Assembly (NCBI GenBank): GCA_015233115.1
Contig: JADFYJ010000008.1
Location: 40,506-104,505 of the forward strand
DNA from: Candidatus Omnitrophota bacterium
GTDB lineage: Bacteria > Omnitrophota > Gorgyraeia > Zapsychrales > Zapsychraceae
Reading direction: 5' to 3'
Length of the DNA: 64,000 nt
The notes under the pieces are model-generated. The model made no database searches. It worked only from the letters and a program-made list of their open reading frames with translations, and was not told the origin of the DNA. This document shows positions 8,223 to 17,122 of this stretch, in pieces. Each line of letters opens with the position of its first letter. Positions within the stretch are counted from its first letter, which is position 1. The position numbers and the translations under genes were made by a program.

Positions 8223-10151
8223 ATGATCTACGATGAATTTCAGAAAAAAGCGATTGAGTATATTGACCAGGGGCATTCGGTCATTGTTTCTGCTCCGACC
8301 GGGGCAGGGAAGACTGCTATTGCGGAATACGTGATTCAGGAAGCTTTAAAACGCGGACAGAAAGTTATTTACACTGCGCCGATCAAGGCTTTATCCAATC
8401 AAAAATTCCGGGATTTTCAGGCGACCAATCCGGACATGATCGGTTTGTTGACCGGAGATGTGACTATTAACGCGTCCGCGCCGGTTTTAATTATGACGAC
8501 GGAAATTTTCCGCAATAAAATTCTTGATCCCAATATGGATTTGAGCAGTTACGGGTGGATTATTTTCGATGAGATTCATTATATTGACGATCAGGAGCGC
8601 GGCACAGTTTGGGAAGAGTCGTTGATTTTTATGCCGGAACACATGCGTTTGCTGGGCTTGTCCGCGACCATCCCGAATATCGATGAGCTGAAAGACTGGC
8701 TGGAAAGTATTCACAAACAGCCGATTAAAATTGTCAAAGAAGATAAACGGCCGGTCCCGCTTAAACTTTTTTTCCAATGCCAAAGCACGATTTACACGGA
8801 TTGGGAAAAATTGGCGAAATATGGGTATCAGTACGGCGCGGGCCATTGTTCCCCGACGCAAAGAGTTCCACACTCATTCAAACTTCACCCTAACCGGTTA
8901 CCACCTTTGATAGAAGATCTGCAGGCCAGGGATAGATTGCCTTGCATTTATTTTGTGTTTAGCCGCAAACAGGCGGAATTTTTAGCTGAAGAAATTATGA
9001 CGTTTGATTTTTTAAATTCGGAACAGAAGACCAATATTCTGGGGATTTTTGATGAATTATGTATTAGGTTTGATCTGACCGGAGAACCCAGTGCGTCTAA
9101 ATTGCGGTCATTGATCAGCCGCGGGGTCGCGTATCACCACGCTGGCATGTTGCCAACCTTAAAAGAAGTCGTGGAACAAATTTTTACCCAGCGTCTCTTG
9201 AAAATGATTTTTACGACAGAAACTTTTGCTTTGGGAATTAATATGCCGGCGCGGACTGTGATCTTTGATGAACTGAGTAAATATTATGGCCGGAGCGGAT
9301 TTGAAACTTTGCGGACCAGGGATTTTTATCAAATGGCAGGGCGGGCTGGCCGCAGGTCAATTGATGTGGAAGGTTTTGTGTTTTGCCGGGTGAATCCTCA
9401 TTATATCTCCGCCGCAGAAGTGAACCGTGTCGTTTACGGCAAACCTGAAAAAGTCAATTCACAATTTAATGCCTCTTACGCCACGATATTGAATTTATAC
9501 CGGGTTTATGGTGAGAAATTATACGATATTTATCCACAGTCTTTTCATTATTATCAGGAAAGCAAGAATAACCGGACCAAGGCTATGTATTCCATGAAAG
9601 CCAAGGTGGATATCCTAAAAGAATTAGGCTACATCGACCGGAAAGGTTTAACGGAAAAAGGTGAGTTTGCGTCGCAGATTTATGGCTATGAATTGATTTT
9701 GTCTGAATTATTTGAAGCCGGATTCCTGGACCAGCTATCTTTGCCTGAATTGGCGATATTAATTGGTGCGATCATTTATGAACCGCGTAAAGGAATGACC
9801 AAGCCGCGCTTAAGTCATCGCACACTCCGTATCCAGGATGCGACCAATGAAGTTTTAAAAGGTATTCATCGTTTGGAAAGGGCTACCGGATCAAGAGATC
9901 GTACAAAAATGACCTTTTTTCATCTGACGGATGCCATTGAATCGTGGGTTAGAGGCAAAGATTTCGGGGAAGTCAGCGAACAAGCCACAGCAGATGAGGG
10001 CGAGATCGTCCGCTATTTCCGCATGATCATCCAGGTTTTGCGCCAAATGGCTGAATGTCCGGTGACTGAAGAATTCAGAACAAAATTAAGAGACCTAGTG
10101 CGGATCATGAACCGTGATGTCGTAGATTCAGAAAAGCAGTTGAGAAGTTAA
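8223..10151 (+). CDS. Ski2/HelY-like SF2 DEAD/DEAH-box helicase
   Basis: Walker A SAPTGAGKTAIAEY, Ski2-type motif IYTAPIKALSNQKFRDF, DEIHYIDD (motif II), helicase C region FTTETFALGINMPARTV. Confidence 0.8.
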   Translation: MIYDEFQKKAIEYIDQGHSVIVSAPTGAGKTAIAEYVIQEALKRGQKVIYTAPIKALSNQKFRDFQATNPDMIGLLTGDVTINASAPVLIMTTEIFRNKILDPNMDLSSYGWIIFDEIHYIDDQERGTVWEESLIFMPEHMRLLGLSATIPNIDELKDWLESIHKQPIKIVKEDKRPVPLKLFFQCQSTIYTDWEKLAKYGYQYGAGHCSPTQRVPHSFKLHPNRLPPLIEDLQARDRLPCIYFVFSRKQAEFLAEEIMTFDFLNSEQKTNILGIFDELCIRFDLTGEPSASKLRSLISRGVAYHHAGMLPTLKEVVEQIFTQRLLKMIFTTETFALGINMPARTVIFDELSKYYGRSGFETLRTRDFYQMAGRAGRRSIDVEGFVFCRVNPHYISAAEVNRVVYGKPEKVNSQFNASYATILNLYRVYGEKLYDIYPQSFHYYQESKNNRTKAMYSMKAKVDILKELGYIDRKGLTEKGEFASQIYGYELILSELFEAGFLDQLSLPELAILIGAIIYEPRKGMTKPRLSHRTLRIQDATNEVLKGIHRLERATGSRDRTKMTFFHLTDAIESWVRGKDFGEVSEQATADEGEIVRYFRMIIQVLRQMAECPVTEEFRTKLRDLVRIMNRDVVDSEKQLRS

Positions 10152-10193
10152 TTCTCTTTACCTTTGAGATTTTTTTGATAGAATACACCAACT

Positions 10194-10535
10194 ATGCAAT
10201 TTCAAAATCGTCGTTCCTATAATCGTGTTCATTTTTTACGTCCGATCCTGATCATTATTGATCCGCAGGTTTCCATCAACGGGCGGCTGCGGGATATTTC
10301 TCCGAAGAGCGCTTTTGTGGAAATGAAATATAATGTTTATTTGAAGAATGACGATGAATTGAAATTTAGGATCCAGATTGATCCGGAAAACCCGGACAGT
10401 GTTATCTCAGGTGACGCGAGGATCTCACGTATTGCTCCCGGAGAAGGTTTAGCGATTTATTTTCATAATTTGCCTGATGAAGAAACAAAAAAAATTGAGC
10501 AATTAGTCGCGAGTAATTCTGCCGGACAGTTTTAA
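10194..10535 (+). CDS. PilZ domain protein (c-di-GMP receptor)
   Basis: RRSYNR (RxxxR) and RDISPKSAFVE (DxSxxG-type) motifs. Confidence 0.6.
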   Translation: MQFQNRRSYNRVHFLRPILIIIDPQVSINGRLRDISPKSAFVEMKYNVYLKNDDELKFRIQIDPENPDSVISGDARISRIAPGEGLAIYFHNLPDEETKKIEQLVASNSAGQF

Positions 10536-10596
10536 TGGCCTTGCCTGAACACTAGTCACCAGACACAAAATTAACAAACCAAAGTAAAGGCTTATC

Positions 10597-12216
10597 ATGT
10601 TATCAGTTTCAAATGTTTCATTACAGTATGGCAAACGGATATTATTCAAAGAAGTCACGGTGACTTTTGCCAAAGGGAATTGTTACGGGATTATCGGCGC
10701 CAATGGGTCGGGGAAATCTACCTTTTTGAAGATTTTATCCGGCGAAATTGAGACCACGACCGGACAGGTTTCCGTGTCCCCGGGAGAACGTTTGTCCATG
10801 TTGAAACAAGACCAATATGCCTACGATGAATATTCAGTTCTGACCACAGTTATTATGGGTTTTGAACGGTTATATAAAGTGATGCAGGAAAAAGATGCTC
10901 TCTATGCAAAACCGGATTTTTCTGACGCGGATGGGGTCAAGGCATCAGAATTGGAAATGGAATTTGCGGAATTAAACGGGTGGAGCGCGGATGTGGACGC
11001 GGCCAAATTATTGGGCGATCTGGGAATTCCAGAAGAATTTCATCAACTGAAAATGAAACAGCTGGAAGGCGGACAAAAAGTACGGGTTTTGTTGGCCCAG
11101 GCTTTGTTTGGCAATCCGGATATCCTTTTACTCGACGAGCCTACCAATCAATTGGACGTAGAAACCTGTATGTGGCTGGAAGAGTTTCTTTATAGTTTCG
11201 AGAATACCGCGATTGTCGTTTCTCATGACCGGCATTTTTTGGATAAAGTGTGTACTCATATCGCGGACATTGATTTCGGCAAGATCGTGTTATATCCGGG
11301 CAATTATTCTTTCTGGAAAGAAACCAGCCAATTGGCCTTGCGCCAGCGTCAAGATCAAAATAAACGGACTGAAGATAAACGCAAAGAATTGCAGGAGTTT
11401 ATCGCTCGGTTTAGCGCGAACGCGTCCAAATCTCGTCAAGCAACCTCTCGGAAAAAACTATTGGAAAAATTAACCTTAGATGACATCCGGCCTTCATCCC
11501 GTAAATATCCGTTTGTGGGTTTTACCGCGGAACGGGAAGCGGGGAATGATCTCTTGAATATCGAACACATGTCCAAAGCTCTCGACGGACAGGTGATGTT
11601 TAAAGATATGACTATCCGGATTAACCGGGGAGATAAGATTGCGCTTATTGGCCGGAACGCTTTAGCCAAAACAACTTTATTTCAAATTTTGATGGGTGAA
11701 CTACAGCCGGATGAAGGATCCTTTAAGTGGGGCATTACCACGTCCCAAGCGTATTTCCCCAAAGAAAACAGTAAATATTTTGATTCTGATATCAGCATTG
11801 TGGATTGGCTGAAACAATTTTCTAAAGATAATAAAGAAGAAAATTTTATCCGTGGATTTTTGGGCCGTATGCTGTTTACAGGCGAAGAATCTTTAAAACC
11901 GGTGAAGGTTTTATCCGGCGGGGAAAAAGTGCGCTGTATTCTCTCCAAAATGATGTTGACCGGCGCCAATGTGTTAATTTTGGATGAGCCGACTAATCAT
12001 TTGGATTTGGAATCCATTAGCGCGTTGAACGATGGCATGGAAAAATTTCGCGGGACCATATTATTTTCATCCCACGACCATCAATTTGTGCAAACCGTAG
12101 CTAACCGTATCATTGAGATTATGCCTAACGGGATTATTGATAAAGCCGATATTACTTTTGATGATTATTTAGCGGATTCGACTGTTAATGAAAGAAGAAA
12201 GCAGTTGATGGCGTAA
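10597..12216 (+). CDS. ABC-F family ATPase (EttA/YbiT-like, two ABC domains, no TMD)
   Basis: Two Walker A sites (GANGSGKST, GRNALAKTT), two LSGG signatures (LEGGQKVR, LSGGEKVR), inter-domain linker. 539 aa. Confidence 0.85.
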   Translation: MLSVSNVSLQYGKRILFKEVTVTFAKGNCYGIIGANGSGKSTFLKILSGEIETTTGQVSVSPGERLSMLKQDQYAYDEYSVLTTVIMGFERLYKVMQEKDALYAKPDFSDADGVKASELEMEFAELNGWSADVDAAKLLGDLGIPEEFHQLKMKQLEGGQKVRVLLAQALFGNPDILLLDEPTNQLDVETCMWLEEFLYSFENTAIVVSHDRHFLDKVCTHIADIDFGKIVLYPGNYSFWKETSQLALRQRQDQNKRTEDKRKELQEFIARFSANASKSRQATSRKKLLEKLTLDDIRPSSRKYPFVGFTAEREAGNDLLNIEHMSKALDGQVMFKDMTIRINRGDKIALIGRNALAKTTLFQILMGELQPDEGSFKWGITTSQAYFPKENSKYFDSDISIVDWLKQFSKDNKEENFIRGFLGRMLFTGEESLKPVKVLSGGEKVRCILSKMMLTGANVLILDEPTNHLDLESISALNDGMEKFRGTILFSSHDHQFVQTVANRIIEIMPNGIIDKADITFDDYLADSTVNERRKQLMA

Positions 12217-12320
12217 ATGTGGCTAAAGGTTTATGGCATGAAATTGAATTTTAATATATAATTAAAAGCAATCATTAGCATTTAGTTGGTTTTTTAAAAA
12301 AGATTTTGTTTTTTGGTTTT

Positions 12321-12356
12321 TCACTCTGTTACTTGTTACCCTGTCACATTGTTACT
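12321..12356 (+). repeat. GTTACT-type short-period array ending 17 nt before the ATG of the 12373 gene. Contains a 22-nt motif shared with the queD upstream region
   Basis: TCACTCTGTTACTTGTTACCCTGTCACATTGTTACT. CTGTCACATTGTTAC is identical at 33861-33875. Confidence 0.75.
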
Positions 12357-12372
12357 TTTTAAAGGAGCTTCA

Positions 12373-12615
12373 ATGGCCTACAAACAAGAAGTGATCGATT
12401 GCCTTGAGAACATGGTTGACGCACAAAACGAAGTGATTAAGCATTTTGCCCGCCAAGATATCTTATTAATGATCATGCCCCAGTTGATCAAACAAACCTC
12501 TGCCGATGAAACTCGAAATAAACTTAAAGATCTGCAGGATGATGCTGAAGTGCAGCGCGGGTCTGTTGAAACTCTTCTTAATAAGATTAAAGAGGAGGAC
12601 CGGGATGTTTATTAA
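12373..12615 (+). CDS. Hypothetical small helical protein (80 aa)
   Basis: RBS AAAGGAG 8 nt upstream. Stop overlaps the start of the next gene. Confidence 0.5.
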   Translation: MAYKQEVIDCLENMVDAQNEVIKHFARQDILLMIMPQLIKQTSADETRNKLKDLQDDAEVQRGSVETLLNKIKEEDRDVY

Positions 12616-13078
12616 AGATGAATACCAACAATCTTTACATTTAGCGGTTCATCGTCAGATCAAATCTATTTTTGAACTGCATCAATTGATGATGAATATT
12701 TCCGATGAATCTTTGTTTGAACAATTAAAAGAAATATGTCAGGGCCAAGCCAAGGTATACAGTACATATAAAACCATGCTCGACGCTCTTAAATTGACTC
12801 AGTCTGAAAATCGTTTAGCCAACCGGGAAAACGCTTTGGGCTGGGTTCATGTTCAGGAAAATTTGACTGGATCAACCGGAGACGCAAAGTGTCTGGATAT
12901 TTCTCCGTTAGGTATGCGTATGCAATTGGAAAGTACAGAAGATATTAATGCGGGAAGAAAATTTAATGTGTGGATTGATTTGTTAGACAGGGGTCAGACT
13001 TTACGACGAGTTGGGGTGGTGAAGTGGGCCAGGAAAATTGCCGAAGCAGAATATCAATGCGGTATACAATTCTGTTAG
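12605..13078 (+). CDS. Hypothetical protein with C-terminal PilZ-like domain
   Basis: Start at MFIKDEY overlaps the upstream stop. RLANRENA (RxxxR) and DISPLGM (DxSxxG) motifs. Confidence 0.5.
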   Translation: MFIKDEYQQSLHLAVHRQIKSIFELHQLMMNISDESLFEQLKEICQGQAKVYSTYKTMLDALKLTQSENRLANRENALGWVHVQENLTGSTGDAKCLDISPLGMRMQLESTEDINAGRKFNVWIDLLDRGQTLRRVGVVKWARKIAEAEYQCGIQFC

Positions 13079-13203
13079 GGACTGTTGAAAAACGCCCATC
13101 TGCTGCGTTATTCTCTCGCTCGCTTGTGCGGCGTACATCTACAGTACGCCTCCGTGGTCGCTCGGGAATGCCTTGCATCTGGGCATTTTTGAACAGTCCT
13201 GTA
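13079..13203 (+). repeat. GC-rich ~125-nt imperfect palindromic element, copy 1
   Basis: About 85 percent identical to the reverse complement of 32934-33060. Terminal inverted repeat GGACTGTTGAAAAA...TTTTTGAACAGTCC. Central hairpin GGCGTAC-ATCTACA-GTACGCC. Confidence 0.8.
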
Positions 13204-13225
13204 TAAAATATATTTGAGAATATTA

Positions 13226-13642
13226 ATGATGAATATTGAGAATTATGGGGATGTTGTAAATGGTGGTTTGGCGGGGGAGATTAAGGCGGTGTTGGCGCAC
13301 GCGCAAAAGCCGTTGGCCTGCTTGCATCAAAATCCTTCAGACCGGGCCGCTCTTAATGAATTGATTGTGTGCTCGTACGCGTTGACGACCATGAAAACTT
13401 TGAGCGAACAATGCGATTTCGAAGATCTCTTCGCGGGTCTGCAATCTTTGCTCCAGCAATACGAACAATTAAACAAAGAGGTTGATACTGCTCTTTTGGA
13501 TATCGTAGAACAATGTTATGTGCTTTTGAGTGATTATCACGACATTGTTGCCATGGATTTAGACACCGTTATATTGCAGGACCGGAAACGAAATTTAATG
13601 ATGAGTATTGATATGACATACAGATATAAAGTGACAGAGTAA
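13226..13642 (+). CDS. Hypothetical protein (139 aa)
   Basis: ORF with ATG at 13226 (the track ORF begins with TTG at 13214). No family recognised. Confidence 0.45.
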   Translation: MMNIENYGDVVNGGLAGEIKAVLAHAQKPLACLHQNPSDRAALNELIVCSYALTTMKTLSEQCDFEDLFAGLQSLLQQYEQLNKEVDTALLDIVEQCYVLLSDYHDIVAMDLDTVILQDRKRNLMMSIDMTYRYKVTE

Positions 13643-13793
13643 CCAAGTAACAGAGTAACAGAGAAAAAACGATAGGCAAATACAGTTAATAACAAAAAAA
13701 TAAAAAATTTATCGTGTTTTTTATTTGTTAGTTTTTATGTTTTGTTTTTGCTGTCACTTTGTTGCTTGGTTACTCGGTTACTTTGTTACTTTA
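13631..13793. repeat. Inverted AGTAAC/GTTACT arrays (13631-13663 and 13751-13793) flanking an ~85-bp AT-rich core. Right arm ends 27 nt before the mazG-like ATG
   Basis: GTGACAGAGTAACCAAGTAACAGAGTAACAGAG versus CTGTCACTTTGTTGCTTGGTTACTCGGTTACTTTGTTACT. Confidence 0.8.
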
Positions 13794-13820
13794 AAATTTA
13801 GACAAAACAAGCGAGGTTCT

Positions 13821-14135
13821 ATGGATTTAAATGAATACCAAAAAAAATGTCTTAATACATGGATCGGCGGGGAGAAACTCATTAGATCTTATTTAGGGGT
13901 GTGTGGCGAGGCTGGCGAATTATCTGAAGGTGCTAAAAAATATCTGCGTGGTGATTTTGATTTGCAAGAACTTAAGAACAGATCTATTGGTGAATTAGGA
14001 GATGTGCTGTATTACGTAGCTGTTTGCGCCCATGAATTAGGTTTAGATTTAAATACAGTCGGCGAATTTAACAACGCGAAATTAGCCAAGCGTTATGCCG
14101 AAGGCAAAATTCGAGGTGACGGAAATCAACGGTAA
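13821..14135 (+). CDS. MazG-like nucleotide pyrophosphohydrolase (small all-alpha NTP-PPase)
   Basis: LNEYQKKCLNT...GEAGELSEGAKKY...ELGDVLYYVAVCAHELGLDL pattern of MazG/YpjD-type proteins. Start at the internal ATG (the track ORF is extended upstream through the repeat). Confidence 0.7.
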   Translation: MDLNEYQKKCLNTWIGGEKLIRSYLGVCGEAGELSEGAKKYLRGDFDLQELKNRSIGELGDVLYYVAVCAHELGLDLNTVGEFNNAKLAKRYAEGKIRGDGNQR

Positions 14136-14145
14136 TAAATAGAAA

Positions 14146-15369
14146 ATGATCTTCGAGCATATAATTAATAAACGTCATCTCAATAACTGGATTAAAATAT
14201 TTTTTGTGATTTTTTTCATGATGACGGCGTCCCATTATTTTTCATCCCGGCCATTGTGGGGGGATGAAGAATTGGTTTTAAAAAATATTCAGGCGCCCGG
14301 ATATTCCTCAATTTTTGCCAAGTTTGTTGAGCCGCAGTTGTTTCCCCGTGTGCAATTAACAGTTGTGAAATTTATTGCCGCGCATTTTAATAATAATGTC
14401 TGGTCCTTGCGTTTCATTTCTTTTATCACTATGCTAACCGCGTTTTGGGTTTGGATTCCCGTCTTTAAAAGATTAAAAGACCCTCATCTCATATGGCTCG
14501 CTGTCCTGTCCTTTGTCGCTAGTTTTCGTTTGGTATATTATGCGTCTGAATTAAAACCCTATGCCATGGATGTGGTGTCATCAGGATTATTCTGTTGGTT
14601 TTTGCTGTATGTCAGCGAACAAGGGGACAGGGTGCAAAATTTTGCTGCACTCAAACCAACAACCAACAACCAACAACCAACAACCGGCGCATTATATCTA
14701 ATGCTAGGCGCATGTCTTTTGCCTCTCTTACTTTTCTGGTCATACGGGGCATTCTTCTTGTTTTGGCTGGTACCTGTTCAATTCTTTTTGTTGAGTCTTA
14801 AAGATAAAAAGTGGCGGCCGTATCTGTGGGCGAGTGTGGCGTCTTCAGTTTTGTGTTTCATAATTTTTTATTTCATTGATCTGCGCTTTTCCCTCAATAT
14901 TCATGCCACCTATGATTATTGGGACAGTTATTTTATTTCCACCCATTCTGTAAAAGATTTTTTTGCCACTTTTTTTGATGGAACCAGAAAATTAGTGGCG
15001 TTTTGGTTTGGGAATACAAAAGCCTTTATCCGCCTCGGTACGCCGTTAATCCCTATTTTTGTAATTGGATTGTTTTATAATGGTATTAAAGATTGGCAGG
15101 CAAATAAAATAGCAATCAGTTCCGTGATGGTTATAGCCCTGGTCATTTTTACCGAATTATTTTTATTCGGCATTTTTAGGAAGTATCCGTTTACCGGAGA
15201 AAGAATCACCTTATTTTTCGCGCCGTTAGTATTTTATGTTTTGATTAAAACTTTGGACGGAATGAAGAAGATTAGACTGTTAGGGACAGTTTGTATGATT
15301 TATTATGTGGGGTTTTGTTTCTTCTCTTTAATTAATACCGCAGTCTTTTTTGTCCGTACTTTTCGATAA
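14146..15369 (+). CDS. GT-C fold membrane glycosyltransferase, ArnT/PMT-like (paralog A)
   Basis: Polytopic. Conserved Asp-Glu in the first extracytoplasmic loop (PLWGDEELV), as in GT39/GT83. Contains the (AACCAAC)n repeat. Confidence 0.5.
   Translation: MIFEHIINKRHLNNWIKIFFVIFFMMTASHYFSSRPLWGDEELVLKNIQAPGYSSIFAKFVEPQLFPRVQLTVVKFIAAHFNNNVWSLRFISFITMLTAFWVWIPVFKRLKDPHLIWLAVLSFVASFRLVYYASELKPYAMDVVSSGLFCWFLLYVSEQGDRVQNFAALKPTTNNQQPTTGALYLMLGACLLPLLLFWSYGAFFLFWLVPVQFFLLSLKDKKWRPYLWASVASSVLCFIIFYFIDLRFSLNIHATYDYWDSYFISTHSVKDFFATFFDGTRKLVAFWFGNTKAFIRLGTPLIPIFVIGLFYNGIKDWQANKIAISSVMVIALVIFTELFLFGIFRKYPFTGERITLFFAPLVFYVLIKTLDGMKKIRLLGTVCMIYYVGFCFFSLINTAVFFVRTFR
14654..14685 (+). repeat. Heptanucleotide tandem repeat (AACCAAC)x4.6 inside the coding sequence
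   Basis: Read directly. Encodes KPTTNNQQPTTG. Unit length is not a multiple of 3. Confidence 0.9.
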
Positions 15370-16680
15370 AATTCCGTGAAAAATCAAAAACAACAATGGG
15401 GGGATGAGAGAGAGTATCAAACGGTTTACAGAGCTGACCAGCCAAAAGATTAGCGGGATGTGGGTGTTGATAAAATAATTGGCGGTTAAAGTCATCATGT
15501 AGAGGACGGTAAAGCCGACAATTAAAGTGTATGAGGGAACAGTTTTAATTTTTTTCAAATTGAATAAAATTCCGCATAAAATAATAATCCAAATTCCCTG
15601 CCATTTAATACTTAAAAATTCAGCGGCATAATATCGCAAAATGATCGCTAATCTGAACAAAGACGAAGGATTTGTTTTGGATATAAGACCGTTTTCGAAT
15701 TGCAAGCTTGCCGGACGGATAAAAAACTGGAATATGAGAGCAGGCAGAAAAGTCAGGAAAACTCCCAATAAGAATTTGCCAATTATTTTTAATTTACGGT
15801 TAGAAAAATTTTGGTTGATCGCAATCAAAATTAAAACCAAAAACGAAATTAAAATGGTGGAAGCCAAACCTTCATCTTTAATAAAACTCATGGCTCCGCA
15901 AAAAATTCCGGTTAGGAAAAATAATGACGAAGATTTTTGTTCAAGGCTTAAATGGAAGAAGATAAAAACAGCGAGTAAGAAAAACGCGATTAAGACGTCA
16001 GCATATTGGCTGATGGATAAAAGTTGATATAAAGGAAGAAGAGCGAATAAGAAGGCCGGCAAAAAAGACAATTTATGTTTGGTGGTCGTGTAGAGTCCAA
16101 AGCCTAATAGTAAAGGCAGCCCAATCGCGTATGTCAAAGACGAAACTAAAGGAATATATGTCGGCGCGGATTTTCCAAAACACCAGATCCACACATTCAT
16201 CAGCGGCCATAAGAACGGGTAATGATTGCTGGTTTGGAATAAGGCCGGGTCTAACATGTTGCGCCATTGAGTTCCGCCAAGAAAAATGAAACGGGCTTTT
16301 AAATTCCAAATCCCCCAGGCATCCCATCCGCCGTAAGGAAAAAATGACGCAGTCAGTATTAAAGCACTCAGGATGATAAGATAAATGAGGATCGGGATAA
16401 CCGATGGACCACCGCGTCGGTGATCCAGGGACCACCAACGCGGAGATCCATTAAAGATTAAAAAGCTTATTAAAATTATATGAATTACAATAATTAAAAC
16501 CGGCTGGATTTGATTACAAAGTAATAAAGAATAAAAAGTAATTTGTCCGCTCAATAACAAACCTAAACCCATTCCTAAAATATATTTAAGGATGAGAGGA
16601 AATTGATTGTTTTCCGTGACTTTATTTATAGCCAGGAATCCGATCAAAAAGGAAAATAGATAGCCCAAAATATAGAACAT
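15328..16680 (-). CDS. Polytopic membrane protein, probable GT-C-like glycosyltransferase (paralog B)
   Basis: 450 aa with at least 10 predicted TM segments. Convergent with and overlapping paralog A by 42 nt. Confidence 0.45.
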   Translation of the reverse strand: MFYILGYLFSFLIGFLAINKVTENNQFPLILKYILGMGLGLLLSGQITFYSLLLCNQIQPVLIIVIHIILISFLIFNGSPRWWSLDHRRGGPSVIPILIYLIILSALILTASFFPYGGWDAWGIWNLKARFIFLGGTQWRNMLDPALFQTSNHYPFLWPLMNVWIWCFGKSAPTYIPLVSSLTYAIGLPLLLGFGLYTTTKHKLSFLPAFLFALLPLYQLLSISQYADVLIAFFLLAVFIFFHLSLEQKSSSLFFLTGIFCGAMSFIKDEGLASTILISFLVLILIAINQNFSNRKLKIIGKFLLGVFLTFLPALIFQFFIRPASLQFENGLISKTNPSSLFRLAIILRYYAAEFLSIKWQGIWIIILCGILFNLKKIKTVPSYTLIVGFTVLYMMTLTANYFINTHIPLIFWLVSSVNRLILSLIPPLLFLIFHGILSKSTDKKDCGIN

Positions 16681-16681
16681 A

Positions 16682-17095
16682 TTAATGATTAAGGTTTTCA
16701 GCGAGGATCACGCCAAAACTGTTCCGTTTTAAGGGTTTTAAATTAAATTTTTGTAAGATCGAAAGCGCGATTTTTTGATCCGCGCAATTTAATAAAATGA
16801 AATGCTGATTGAAGTTTTTTGTGTCAACAATAATGGGAGCCAAGGCATACTGGATTTGCAAATAGCGCAGCATAGGGCCGGCATCTTTGAAATCCTGGTC
16901 AGTAATGTATCCTATCCTGGACTCTCCTTTTAAAATATCTCGCAAAGGGAAAAAGGCTTCACCATAAAATGCGAAAGGAGAATTTTGGCGCAGTCTGCGT
17001 CTGGTATCAGCGGCTAAAGTTATTGCGTTGATACAGGTTACAATAATGACTGCCGCAATAAAAATTTTAATAAGAGTTTCTTTTGGATTTTTCAT
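16682..17095 (-). CDS. Hypothetical membrane-anchored protein (137 aa), co-transcribed with 15328-16680
   Basis: N-terminal TM helix. One-nt gap to the downstream gene. Confidence 0.45.
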   Translation of the reverse strand: MKNPKETLIKIFIAAVIIVTCINAITLAADTRRRLRQNSPFAFYGEAFFPLRDILKGESRIGYITDQDFKDAGPMLRYLQIQYALAPIIVDTKNFNQHFILLNCADQKIALSILQKFNLKPLKRNSFGVILAENLNH

Positions 17096-17122
17096 TGATT
17101 TGTATTATATAATACTCAAAAT

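Noticed and set aside
12217-12320. Scanned the larger intergenic regions (12217-12372, 44353-44627, 51150-51394, 27839-27964) for tRNA or other RNA genes
   Set aside because: They are AT-rich and lack cloverleaf-compatible GC stems or conserved tRNA boxes. No RNA gene could be supported.
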